From sequence record DRR723986_639: DNA of 59,172 bases; one strand, 5' to 3'. The notes under the pieces were generated by a model. That model searched no databases. It was not told where the DNA came from and saw nothing but the letters and a program-made list of their open reading frames with translations. This document shows, piece by piece, positions 1 through 10,364 of the stretch (positions are counted from its first letter, which is position 1; every line of letters starts with the position of its first letter). The translations under genes and the position numbers were made by a program.

Positions 1-29
1 GAGAGGTCGGGCGTCAGCCCGGGAGAGGG
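1..29. repeat. REP-like palindromic repeat unit, truncated at the window edge
   Basis: gagaggtcgggcgtcagcccgggagaggg matches 59015..59043 at 26/29 positions and contains the hairpin cgggc-gtca-gcccg. Confidence 0.7.
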
Positions 30-133
30 CGAGCTTGTCAACAAACTGCACCAAAGCCCCCCTGGCAGCCCCCGCTGAGAGCCAACCAACTCAATAACAC
101 ACTCCCAACGAACTACATCGGCGAGACGAAACA

Positions 134-3100
134 ATGAAACCACAATGGATGCATCGGACACTGCTACTGCCGCTGTTGATAGGCTGTCTGGCCATGCCGT
201 GGGCCAGAGGACAAGAGTCAGACGACTCCGCACCGGCCAAGCTTATTCTTGAAACGCGGAATGCACCGGCGAAGCCCAAGCCACTTTACACCGCCAAGGT
301 CTCCAGCTCCTCAGCGTTTGATAGCAGCGGGGGGAGGCATAAAGCTATGGTGGAGATCACTTCGGTGCGCGGCAAAGCGGAGTTGGTCTCACTGGAAATT
401 CGCGGTGATGGCGAAGTCACGGAGGTGGGCGGCGATGCTGTTCAAGCTTGGTCGGTCCGCCGCGAGGAAGGCAAGCGTTATCTAGAAGTCTCTTTTAAGG
501 AACCCACCGAAACCGCCAACTTCTCGGTCAAATCGCAGAGCAAGAACAGCTTGCCTGCCACAGTCGGGCTGTTTCACCTGTCCAGCGGTAGAGCGATCGG
601 TTTTAGCAACACGGTCGATCTGACGTTTTCTGGCTCCGTCTCCGGAAACCTAGCGCGAGTCGACGGCTTTACATCATCCGACACCGAAGCCGAACGCGTG
701 ACTTTGCAAACAGTTAGCGGCGGCGATGTTGAAGTAAGTCTTCGCGCAAGCAGCGGGACTCGACCAGACATTGAGCTAACCAACGCGATCCTTGATGGCA
801 ATCTGCATCGGTCAGGGAAATCCGCTGACTTCAACTATCAAGCACAAGTGATTGTTAGCCGCCCAGGCGAAATCGACTGCCTGTCAGGCGACGTAACCCT
901 GAAGAAGCTGCCTAGTGGGAACGATTTCCGCTTGGTCTTGAATACCACTAGCGGTGCACCAAAATACAAGCTCATCTTTGACAAGCCTGGCACTTATGAC
1001 ATCGACATCGATTTTGTCAGCAAGGTCGAAGTTGCCAATGGTTGGAGCACCGTTGCATTCAGGATCGCCACCGGCGCAATCGTTCCTCTGAAACTACAGG
1101 GCTTGCCTGCCGGTATTTCCTTCCAACGTTCGAAAACACACATCGTACCATTGTTCGAAGATGACGTCTGGAAGGGCTTCCTGCCGGCCAGTGGAGACAC
1201 GCGATTGAGCTGGAAGGAGGATCGAAAGGCGGGTGAAGGAAAGCTGTTCTTCACCACCACCGCACGGACAGAGGCAAGCGTCAGCGCTGGCCTACTCAAA
1301 CAAAATCACACGATCGAGTACGCCATTCTGCAAGGTGAACTCAAACAGGTCGACATCGAGGTCCGCGGACCAGGTGAAATCCTGAATGTCCAGGGCCAGG
1401 GAATCGTCAGTTGGTCGGCATCGAGTGACGAAGATGAAGAAGACGCAGAACAAACGACTCGCAAACTCAGTATTCAGTTTTCGCAGCCCATGACGCAGGC
1501 TTTCGCGTTGGTGGTGAGCACGCAGAGTGCAATTGGTACGTTTCCGGCGTCCGTGAAAACGGTCACCCTGCATCCTGAAGACGCCATCCGTCACTCGGGA
1601 TACATTCGGATCAGCAACCAAGGAGCGGTCCGGATCGAGCCAACCGATTTGCAAGGCGTGACGCAACTGTCACCGCAGCAGTATCCGGGACAACAGATCA
1701 AGGCCAGGCAAATCTTCGTGTATCGCTTCCCATCATCAGACCACAGCTTCACCATCGCTGCTGATCAGATTCAACCCGAGGTCGGTGTTTCACAAGTTGT
1801 ACTCTATCAACTTGCTGAGACTGAACGAACGATCGCGGCCGATATCGAACTTGATATCCGCGAAGCCCCGATCAGAGAATTCACTCTGCTTGTTCCGGAG
1901 GAGTACTCGGTTGTCTCTGTCGCAGGTGCAAGTGTTGCTGACTATCTTGTTGCATCGGAGTCCACAGATGGTAGTCGAAGCCTGAAGGTGATCTTCTCTG
2001 GCGACGTTTCCGGACGACAGCTCATCTCAATAGCCTTGGAAAATGGAATTGCCGCGGAAGCCGCCTCCTGGGTACTCCCCAGGCTCACCTACCCATCCGC
2101 CAAGAACGTGGCTGGCAACATCGGCGTAGTTGGCGCTCCCGGATTCCGCGTCCAAGCGTTGGATACGGAATTGTTGGTCGAGAAGCCGCTGTCGTATTTT
2201 CCAAAGCCGGTCAAAAACTTGCAGCAAGCATTCCGCATCCGAGAATCACAGTGGTCGGCTACGATGCAGATCGAAGTCCTTGAACGAAGTATTCAGGCGG
2301 ATGTTTTCCACTTGTACTCGCTCAGCCAAGGAGCAGTCTACGGCAGTAGCCTGATCAATTACTTCATCACCGGAGCGCCTGTTGCCGAGCTGACGATTTC
2401 TGTTCCCGAGACACTTGGCAACGTTGTCCTCGACGGCCAAGACGTAAGGACTTGGCGACGTGATGGTGAAAACCTTATCGTTTCCCTGCACCAGCCTGTC
2501 ATGGGCCCCTACACCCTGCTTGTTACATTTGAACAGGAAGCGGCCGGCGAACTTGGGGTGATTCAGGCAGCTCAAGTAACTCCCATTGATGTGGCCAGCG
2601 AACAAGGCTTTATCCAAGTCGTCAGTCCGATGCAGGTGGATGTCGAAACTCTGGCCGCCACCGATGACCTGCTGGTACTCGATCCGCTTGAATTGCCCGC
2701 CGAATTCCGATTGCTCAGTACGGCCCCTAGCCTTGGAACGTGGCAGTATACCGATCGCCCTTTCAGGCTAGATTTGAAAGTCGACTGGTTTGAGCCGGGA
2801 ACGTTGGTTGGCCAAATTGTAGAATTCTCTGAAGCCAAGAGTCGCGTCTCGGCTGACGGAGAATTGGTCACCGACGTCGTCTACTACGTTAAATCGCGTG
2901 GACAACGAACACTGCGAATGCAACTACCCGATGCTCCGGTGAAACTCTGGGCAGCCTCGGTCAACGGTGAGCCCGTTACGGCTCGCCAGGCAGGACCGGA
3001 CACGTTGATCCCACTTCCCGGTGTCGACCCGAACGTTCCCGTCGAGGTTTCATTGCGACTCGGCAAACCCGCCGTTTCGACGAGTAGTGCCGAATTGACT

Positions 3101-6100
3101 CTGCCCAAGTTGGCCGTCCCCGTCTTGAAGACTCAGTGGGACGTCGAAGGGGACCAACAGAATGCGCTGCTGCCATTGCAATCGACAGTCGATCCGCCCA
3201 AGCCCGTCGTACCACCCAGCGGATTGACTTGGCTGTCCAAGACTCGGGGAATTGCCATTCTGGCTGCATTGGCTGCACTACTCTTGCTTGGCTACGCGTT
3301 GACTGGTGGGACGGGTCTGCTCGGCCGCACCCTGAAAGTGTCATGCTGGATCGCAGCATCGGCAGTAGCATTTTCGGCAGCCGACCTCGCCGTAGATGAC
3401 AGGCAATCGCCAGCCCCGTTGCGTCTCGATGTTCCTGTCTTGGCCGCAGGTGAAACTATTCAAATGAAGGTCAAGAACGTACCACAGTGGCAACTCGGCA
3501 TATCATTCCCAGGTGTCGTTGCGGCTATCGTCGGAGCCGTATTGCTCGTTCTCTCCTGCTTGCCAAAGTTCGCGCCGCAACGTAGCCCACTACGATTCTT
3601 CGGAGTTCTCGCGCTTGCTGCTGGGCTATTGCTACAGTCGGGCGGCGCGGGATATTTCTTCTACGCCCTCGGCGTCGCATTGCTAGTTGTCTTGGTGATC
3701 CCGAGCGTTATCCACTTGGCACGATTGGTCCTGGCGGAGATTTCGCAAGCTCGCCGCGAAGCAGTAGAAAAGTCCGCTACCGTTGATGATCCTGACAAGG
3801 AATCCGGCTCAGGTGGCGTTGCAACCACAGCTATCCTGTTCATCGCGTCAACGCTTTCACTTTTCGGCAGTTCACTTGCAGTGGCCCAAGAGAAGTCCAA
3901 TGAGCCGAAAGACGCGCAGCCAAAGATCTATGCGGCCGCAGACTCCCTTGTGCAACAGTGGCAAGTTGCATCCAGCGACGGACGCCTGGCCGTGGTTGGG
4001 CGATTGCAGGTGAGTGGTCAGCCTGGCGATCAATTCGTCTTGCTATACGCTCCTGCCGTTCTAACTAAATTCGACGGTAAAGGCCTTCGAGTATCGAAAG
4101 TCAAAGTTGCAGGACGCGATGCCTACATTGTGACGATTCCACGCGACCTCACTCTTTCCGAAGAGACGCCCGAATCTTCCGCCGACGAATTATCTGAAGA
4201 CAGTGAATCTGGAGAAAGCGAGCCGGGGGATGATCAGCTTGACGAATCCGCGGAAAGCCCTGGCGTCGCTGTCTACTCCGCTAGCTTCGAGTACCAGCTT
4301 GAGTCGGTCAACGTCGCATCGATCCCAGTCTTAACGGGAACCGCCGCGGTACAAAAACTGACCGTTCAATTGGATCAGTCGGATTGGGAGCTAAGTAGTG
4401 CAGCAGCGATTCGAGTCGATTCACTGAATTCTCCCAAAGAAAATGGTGTCACGGAAAAAGACGATACATCTGACACCAGTCGCTGGGAGGTGTTGTTGTC
4501 GTCCAGTGGCGGCAGCCTCGAGTTTCGGCCGAAACAACGCGACGTTGCATCAGAAGAAACGAAGTTCTTTGTCGAAGGAAACAACCTCTATGTCCCAGGG
4601 CCAGGTGTCGTTGACGGCTACCACCGCCTGAGCATTCGCCCCAGCCAAGGTGAAGTCCGAGAGCTTGAAATTGACGTACCGAACGGGTTGACGGTAAGCA
4701 GTGTGGATGGGCCAATCGCATCTTGGCAGTTTGACGCTGACAACGGCAAGCTAAAACTACAGCTTGAACCGGCCCCATCGGTTGCATTCAATGTCTTGGT
4801 GCAGACACAACGTGGACTTTCTACTCTACCAGCCGAGGTCGAGCTGGCACCGCTGACGGTCACTGAAAGTGGTGGGGAAGTTGGAGTGTTGGCGCTGGCC
4901 TTCGGCAATGATGCTCAGCCCGAAAAGGCGACGACGGATACGCTTTCCAACGTAAGCCTGACAGATTTCGATTCGCGCATGCTCCCCGAAAGCAAACCGA
5001 CTCTGTTCCGCGTGTACCGTTACGGCAAATCCGGTGGATCGTTAACTCTTCGCGTCGCTCCAGTCGCTCCCGAAGTTCGTGTCGCCAGCAAACAAGTCCT
5101 TTCCTTCGGAGATGAACGAGTCCTCTTGGCAGTGAATTTCGCGGCTGAGATTACCCGCGCCGGACTGTTCCAACTGAGTTTCCCACTTCCGGAGGGCCTG
5201 GAAGTGGAATCGCTTAGCGGCGACGCGTTGGATCATTGGTCGGAGCTTGAGGAAAACGGTCAACGCATCATAGTCATGCACCTGGGCGGCAAGACGATCG
5301 GTTCGCAACAGTTCGCGCTCACTCTATCGGGACTTGCCCCATCCGCTGACGATTCAGAGAGCAGTTCGTGGCAGATACCTCGATTTGAGATCCGTGAAGC
5401 CAAGCGGCAAACAGGAGAGCTCGCCGTTCGACCAACGACCGGCATCCGCCTGAGAACACTGAACCGACAAAATGCATCGGAGATGGACCCTCGAGAGATG
5501 GGTGGTTCACGAGCCGGCGCGTTGGCATTCCGTCTGCTACAAAAGGACTGGACAGTACAGCTCGGCATTGAACAACTTCAGCCGTGGATTACCGGTACAG
5601 TTTTGCATGACATCACGATTCGCGAGGGACAAACACGAAGTCGTGTCGTTGGCGACTTCGTCGTCCAGAACGCATCCATCCGATCCATGCAGATTCGCCT
5701 GCCATTCACGGACGAGCAGCAGGCCAAGACGCTGCGTGCGACGGGAGAAACCATTAGCGATCTCGTGAGGCTAAATGACAACTCTGATATTTGGGAGCTA
5801 AGGTTCAAGCGGCGCATTGTTGGCAGATTTCGGTTCCAGATTGAGTATGAGCGTCGTGGAGAACGCGAAGATGAAACCGAGGCTTTAATGCCGCTTGAGC
5901 TACTGGACGCTCGGCAGGTTGCCTATTACTTCGCCGTCCGTGCTGGTGGCCGACTGGAACTCAAGCACGACGGACTGTCACAAGGCTGGCAGGAAGCTGA
6001 CTGGAATTCGGTTCCTCAGGTTCTCCGAGAGGCAGGCAAGCGGAGTTCACCAGCCCTTTCGATCCGAGCCGTCTCGCCGCCCAACCCACTTCGGGTAACG

Positions 6101-7231
6101 GCGACACGACACTCTCTGGCCGATTCTCTCAAACTGCGAGTTGCATCTGGGCAGTTGACGACGGTTCTTTCTCCGACCGGTGACCAAATCACGGCGGTCG
6201 ACGTTAGCATGGAAGTGGTCCAGCGCAGTAGTTTGAGCGTAACACTGCCTGATGGCGGCGAATTGTTCAGCATCTTCGTCAACGGCGAAAGCGTCCACTC
6301 GATCCGCGACGCTTCAGCCGGCGATGCTTGGCAGTTTTACATTTTGCCAGGCATCGATGACCGGACGGCAACGGTACGATTTGTCTACACGGTCCAAGGA
6401 GGCGATTTATCCAACGTGAACTTGACCGGACCGCTTCTGAATGTGCCACTTGAGAATATCCGCTGGAGTGTGATCACGCCTCAAGGTTTTGAACTGGTCG
6501 GCGATGACGGCAACCTGGAATTGATCAGCCAGCAGCATCACTGGGATACAGAGGCTAGCAGCCGCGAGTTCTACCTTTCAAAGATATCCGGCAAGCGGCG
6601 AGAGCAGAAGCAGCAGGCCGCTGAACTGCTTGAGCAAGCGAACACGCTCTTGCAACAAGGCCAGCAGACCAAGGCACGGCGAGCGCTCAATAGTGTCGCT
6701 AATCAATACGCCCTGGATGCTGCATCAAACGAGGACGCTCGCGTTCAGCTAGAAAACCTACAAACCCAGCAGGCCATCGTAGGACTAAACACGAGGCGCC
6801 AACGGCTGTTCTTGTACAACAACCTGGCTGATGTCGGGCAAGTTGAAAACGATCAACTCATGCAAGCTGCGGCTGGTAATCCGATTCTGCAGCAAGAGCA
6901 GCTAAACTTCCGGCCCCAACAACTGAGCCAATTGCTCAGGGGCAACACGAGCGAAGACAACGCAGTTCTTCAGCGTATCGCGGGAAGGCTGGTCCAGCAC
7001 CAACGTTCGTCAGAACCTGCACCTCAGGCAATCATCATTAGCTTGCCCGAAGAGGGTAAGAAGTACGAGTTCTCTCGAACGGTACAGGTATCCGAAACGG
7101 CTCCGTTGAAGCTGGAGCTGCAGGTTGCATCAGAGCACCATCTGCCGAATTGGCGTGCCGCTGTCGTGGGGGCCTTGCTTCTTGTGTTGGCCGCCGGCTT
7201 TGCGTTCCAGCGAAGAATCGTCAGCGAATAG
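134..7231 (+). CDS. Very large (2365 aa) secreted/membrane-anchored hypothetical protein with two internally duplicated halves
   Basis: Uninterrupted 7.1-kb ORF. It has an N-terminal signal peptide (LLLPLLIGCLAMPWARG), beta-rich repeated modules, a central block of hydrophobic helices (~aa 1040-1255) and a C-terminal TM anchor (AAVVGALLLVLAAGFAF-QRR). Confidence 0.85.
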   Translation: MKPQWMHRTLLLPLLIGCLAMPWARGQESDDSAPAKLILETRNAPAKPKPLYTAKVSSSSAFDSSGGRHKAMVEITSVRGKAELVSLEIRGDGEVTEVGGDAVQAWSVRREEGKRYLEVSFKEPTETANFSVKSQSKNSLPATVGLFHLSSGRAIGFSNTVDLTFSGSVSGNLARVDGFTSSDTEAERVTLQTVSGGDVEVSLRASSGTRPDIELTNAILDGNLHRSGKSADFNYQAQVIVSRPGEIDCLSGDVTLKKLPSGNDFRLVLNTTSGAPKYKLIFDKPGTYDIDIDFVSKVEVANGWSTVAFRIATGAIVPLKLQGLPAGISFQRSKTHIVPLFEDDVWKGFLPASGDTRLSWKEDRKAGEGKLFFTTTARTEASVSAGLLKQNHTIEYAILQGELKQVDIEVRGPGEILNVQGQGIVSWSASSDEDEEDAEQTTRKLSIQFSQPMTQAFALVVSTQSAIGTFPASVKTVTLHPEDAIRHSGYIRISNQGAVRIEPTDLQGVTQLSPQQYPGQQIKARQIFVYRFPSSDHSFTIAADQIQPEVGVSQVVLYQLAETERTIAADIELDIREAPIREFTLLVPEEYSVVSVAGASVADYLVASESTDGSRSLKVIFSGDVSGRQLISIALENGIAAEAASWVLPRLTYPSAKNVAGNIGVVGAPGFRVQALDTELLVEKPLSYFPKPVKNLQQAFRIRESQWSATMQIEVLERSIQADVFHLYSLSQGAVYGSSLINYFITGAPVAELTISVPETLGNVVLDGQDVRTWRRDGENLIVSLHQPVMGPYTLLVTFEQEAAGELGVIQAAQVTPIDVASEQGFIQVVSPMQVDVETLAATDDLLVLDPLELPAEFRLLSTAPSLGTWQYTDRPFRLDLKVDWFEPGTLVGQIVEFSEAKSRVSADGELVTDVVYYVKSRGQRTLRMQLPDAPVKLWAASVNGEPVTARQAGPDTLIPLPGVDPNVPVEVSLRLGKPAVSTSSAELTLPKLAVPVLKTQWDVEGDQQNALLPLQSTVDPPKPVVPPSGLTWLSKTRGIAILAALAALLLLGYALTGGTGLLGRTLKVSCWIAASAVAFSAADLAVDDRQSPAPLRLDVPVLAAGETIQMKVKNVPQWQLGISFPGVVAAIVGAVLLVLSCLPKFAPQRSPLRFFGVLALAAGLLLQSGGAGYFFYALGVALLVVLVIPSVIHLARLVLAEISQARREAVEKSATVDDPDKESGSGGVATTAILFIASTLSLFGSSLAVAQEKSNEPKDAQPKIYAAADSLVQQWQVASSDGRLAVVGRLQVSGQPGDQFVLLYAPAVLTKFDGKGLRVSKVKVAGRDAYIVTIPRDLTLSEETPESSADELSEDSESGESEPGDDQLDESAESPGVAVYSASFEYQLESVNVASIPVLTGTAAVQKLTVQLDQSDWELSSAAAIRVDSLNSPKENGVTEKDDTSDTSRWEVLLSSSGGSLEFRPKQRDVASEETKFFVEGNNLYVPGPGVVDGYHRLSIRPSQGEVRELEIDVPNGLTVSSVDGPIASWQFDADNGKLKLQLEPAPSVAFNVLVQTQRGLSTLPAEVELAPLTVTESGGEVGVLALAFGNDAQPEKATTDTLSNVSLTDFDSRMLPESKPTLFRVYRYGKSGGSLTLRVAPVAPEVRVASKQVLSFGDERVLLAVNFAAEITRAGLFQLSFPLPEGLEVESLSGDALDHWSELEENGQRIIVMHLGGKTIGSQQFALTLSGLAPSADDSESSSWQIPRFEIREAKRQTGELAVRPTTGIRLRTLNRQNASEMDPREMGGSRAGALAFRLLQKDWTVQLGIEQLQPWITGTVLHDITIREGQTRSRVVGDFVVQNASIRSMQIRLPFTDEQQAKTLRATGETISDLVRLNDNSDIWELRFKRRIVGRFRFQIEYERRGEREDETEALMPLELLDARQVAYYFAVRAGGRLELKHDGLSQGWQEADWNSVPQVLREAGKRSSPALSIRAVSPPNPLRVTATRHSLADSLKLRVASGQLTTVLSPTGDQITAVDVSMEVVQRSSLSVTLPDGGELFSIFVNGESVHSIRDASAGDAWQFYILPGIDDRTATVRFVYTVQGGDLSNVNLTGPLLNVPLENIRWSVITPQGFELVGDDGNLELISQQHHWDTEASSREFYLSKISGKRREQKQQAAELLEQANTLLQQGQQTKARRALNSVANQYALDAASNEDARVQLENLQTQQAIVGLNTRRQRLFLYNNLADVGQVENDQLMQAAAGNPILQQEQLNFRPQQLSQLLRGNTSEDNAVLQRIAGRLVQHQRSSEPAPQAIIISLPEEGKKYEFSRTVQVSETAPLKLELQVASEHHLPNWRAAVVGALLLVLAAGFAFQRRIVSE

Positions 7232-7275
7232 ACGCAGGGCAATCGTTGCGATTCCGGCGAAGCGTGGGAAGTTGC

Positions 7276-7349
7276 TCACGTGAGCCGTGACGCGTCAGCG
7301 ACCGGGCGGCTGATAATGCTGGTGAGTTGATCACGTGAGCCGTGACGCG
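7276..7349. repeat. Two direct copies of a 19-bp REP-like motif (tcacgtgagccgtgacgcg)
   Basis: Identical 19-mers at 7276..7294 and 7331..7349, in the intergenic region after the giant ORF. Confidence 0.75.
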
Positions 7350-7537
7350 AGCAGGCAAGCTGCCTGCACTACGGATGCGAAAAGACTCTTCATTCGCTGT
7401 GCTCCTCAATTGCCAGGCACTTCATCCAAGCATTGCTGTGCCGTTTCATTGTGGCTACGAAAGTGGTACATTTCTGAGGTTCTACAGCTACCCGTGCTGG
7501 CTGTTCTTCCTCGTCTTTATTCTCGCTGCGATTTACC

Positions 7538-9046
7538 ATGTCATCATCCGAACCAATCCATCTGGCAATTGATCTTGGGGCGTCCAGCGGTAGGGTCTTG
7601 GCCGGTCGCATTGATGACGATGGCATTTCGTTTGAGGAAGTGCACCGCTTCTTGAACGGTGGAATGCATCTGGGCGATCGGCTCGTTTGGAACATTCTTG
7701 GACAATGGGCGCAAGTGGCTCAGGGACTTAGCATCGCAGCAAGCAAATACGGGCAGCGAATAGCCACCGTTGGAGCAGACACTTGGGGCGTCGATTACGT
7801 GTTGCTCGACCGCCAAGATGATCTGGTCGGCCCATGTGTGCATTATCGCGATTCGCGGACGCGTGGCAAAGTCGATCGGGCCTGCGAAATTCTGCCTCGA
7901 AGTGAAATATTCGCTGCGACAGGAATTCAGTTCATGGAGATCAATACGCTTTGCCAATTGCTGGCGATGCGCGAGGAAAATTCTCCGCAGCTCGACATTG
8001 CAGAGCGTTTCCTAATGGTACCAGACTTCCTGCATTGGCAACTGACTGGCGAAAAAGTCAATGAGTATACCGACGCGTCGACCACGCAAATGCTCGATCC
8101 AACAACGGGCAAGTGGAGTCAAACTGTTCTGAAAGCAATGAACATTCCGGAACACTTGTTTTCAGATCCCGTCGCACCTGGATTGGATATGGGGGCCGTT
8201 CGGTCGCGCATCCAACGCGACACCGGATTGCACTCTGGTTGCAAGGTCATCTTGCCCGCGACACACGACACGGGTTCAGCCGTCTTGGCGGTGCCAGCAC
8301 ACTCGTTCGCACCCGAGAACCCTGATTGGTGTTACATCAGTTGTGGCACTTGGTCTCTGATGGGCGCGGAGCTGAATCGGCCAGTACTATCCGAGGACTG
8401 CCAACGATTTAACTTTACCAATGAAGGCGGTGTTCAAGGCAGTATCCGCTTGCTGAAGAATATCTCAGGACTATGGATTGTCCAACAGTGCCGCGAACAG
8501 TGGAAGCGTGAAGGGCACGATTGGAGCTGGGATCGCATGATTCAGATGGCCGAAGGGGCTGAATCCATGTTGTCCGTAATCGACCCGGATGACGAACTTT
8601 TCGTTGCACCGGACAGCATGCCGGAGGCCGTTCGCGAATACTGCAGAAACACGGGACAATTGGTCCCCGAGAGTGAAGGTGCCATCATTCGTTGCGCGCT
8701 CGAAAGCCTGGCTCTTCGTTACCGGATGGTACTTGGGAATCTTGAACAGTTGGTTGGCAACCCGATGAAGACGATTCACATGGTTGGTGGTGGAGTGCAG
8801 AACCGCATGCTTTGCCAGTTTGCCGCGGATGCTTGCCAAAAAAACGTTGTCGCAGGTCCGGTAGAAGCAACTGCGATTGGAAACATTATGATGCAGGCCA
8901 TTGGCAGCGGGCGGTTGAGCAGCATTGCTGAAGCTCGCAAGCTACTCGCCGGCTCGCCAGAAATCGCTCACTACACTCCCAAGCAGCATGGGCGTTGGGA
9001 CGAAGGATTCGCCAAACTGCAGCAACTGACCTCGGGAAATTCCTAG
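7538..9046 (+). CDS. rhaB: Rhamnulokinase (FGGY family; rhamnulo/fuculokinase)
   Basis: Motifs AIDLGASSGRV, DTWGVDY, YRDSRT, TGIQFMEINT, HDTGSA, ISCGTWSLMG, FTNEGG, GPVEATAIGN. Confidence 0.9.
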   Translation: MSSSEPIHLAIDLGASSGRVLAGRIDDDGISFEEVHRFLNGGMHLGDRLVWNILGQWAQVAQGLSIAASKYGQRIATVGADTWGVDYVLLDRQDDLVGPCVHYRDSRTRGKVDRACEILPRSEIFAATGIQFMEINTLCQLLAMREENSPQLDIAERFLMVPDFLHWQLTGEKVNEYTDASTTQMLDPTTGKWSQTVLKAMNIPEHLFSDPVAPGLDMGAVRSRIQRDTGLHSGCKVILPATHDTGSAVLAVPAHSFAPENPDWCYISCGTWSLMGAELNRPVLSEDCQRFNFTNEGGVQGSIRLLKNISGLWIVQQCREQWKREGHDWSWDRMIQMAEGAESMLSVIDPDDELFVAPDSMPEAVREYCRNTGQLVPESEGAIIRCALESLALRYRMVLGNLEQLVGNPMKTIHMVGGGVQNRMLCQFAADACQKNVVAGPVEATAIGNIMMQAIGSGRLSSIAEARKLLAGSPEIAHYTPKQHGRWDEGFAKLQQLTSGNS

Positions 9047-9431
9047 ACGCAGCATCCCCCAAACTCGTCAACTCGTCTCGTTGAATCCGGCAACCTACCA
9101 AGCTGACCTAGTCGCTGAGCACGATTTCCAACCCAATCCCGCTATCTTGGATGATTCCTTCTGGGATCGTACTTCAGCGCGCCCACTTCGCGCACGATTG
9201 TCGCCCTGAGAAGATGTCGACTGGAAATGCGGGCGGGACTCGCGTCTTAGTGTTGAATCGCCCCCCCCAATCGGCAGACGTCCAACGGCGGCTCCAGATG
9301 CAACGCGTCAGGATTAGAACTCGGCTGGCAACTACAACTGTCGAAGCCGCAGGTGAGACGATAGACATCCATTGAAAATCGTTACGAATGAAAACAGTGA
9401 AACGGACAAACCTACCAGGGGACAGAATCGC

Positions 9432-10364
9432 GTGAGTGTTGTAAACATCCAAGGCGTCACCAAGTCGTACGGCAAGCACGTCGCCGTCAATGACTTGTCG
9501 CTGACCGTTCCCGAAGGATCGTTGTACGGCTTTATTGGGCCCAACGGATCCGGCAAGACTACGACGATTCGAATGATCCTGCGAATCATTCTCCCCGACA
9601 GCGGCAGAATCAGCGTTCTTGGCAACGACAATGCCGCGGCCGCGAACGATTCGGTTGGCTATCTGCCTGAGGAGCGCGGGCTGTACAAGAAGCTCTCCGT
9701 CAAACGCATGCTGCTTTACTATGCGGAGCTGAAGGGCATGTCGCGACGCGACGCGAACGACGAAGCTGCTAAGTGGCTTGAGCATTTTGAGTTGTCGAAA
9801 TGGTCTGGCGAGAAGATCGAAACCCTTTCCAAAGGGATGAGTCAGAAGGTTCAGTTCATTGCGTCGATCATCGCTCGACCGAAGCTTATCATTTTGGACG
9901 AGCCATTCTCGGGATTGGATCCCGTCAACGCGGAAGCCATTCGTGCTGCGATTTTGAAGCTACGCCAAGAAGGGACGTCGGTCATTTTTTCAACGCACGA
10001 TATGGAAGTCGCTGAGAAGATGTGCGACAGCGTGTTCATGATCTTCAAAGGAAACAAGGTCCTGGATGGCACGATCGCATCAGTCAAGGCTCAGTACGGA
10101 GCCGACTCCATCCGCCTGAGATGGGATGGAAATCGCTCGGCCCTCGACCGGGTCGATGGAATTGGCCGAATCATTGATATGGGCAGCTATCAAGAAATCC
10201 AGCCCAGTGGTAACCCGCAACAGGTTCTGAGGCAACTTGTTGAAATGGGAAATGTTCAGCTCTTCGAGATCGCTCAACCATCATTGCACGATATCTTCAT
10301 TCGCATCGCCGGCCCCGACGCACAGGCCGCCACAGAGGCTAGTCAAGAAGGAGCCATGGTATGA
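9432..10364 (+). CDS. ABC transporter ATP-binding protein (NatA/YhaQ-like exporter)
   Basis: Walker A GPNGSGKTT, signature LSKGM, Walker B IILDEPFSGLD, H-loop STH. The GTG start at 9432 was chosen for the upstream AGGGGA; the ORF opens at 9372. Confidence 0.9.
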   Translation: MSVVNIQGVTKSYGKHVAVNDLSLTVPEGSLYGFIGPNGSGKTTTIRMILRIILPDSGRISVLGNDNAAAANDSVGYLPEERGLYKKLSVKRMLLYYAELKGMSRRDANDEAAKWLEHFELSKWSGEKIETLSKGMSQKVQFIASIIARPKLIILDEPFSGLDPVNAEAIRAAILKLRQEGTSVIFSTHDMEVAEKMCDSVFMIFKGNKVLDGTIASVKAQYGADSIRLRWDGNRSALDRVDGIGRIIDMGSYQEIQPSGNPQQVLRQLVEMGNVQLFEIAQPSLHDIFIRIAGPDAQAATEASQEGAMV

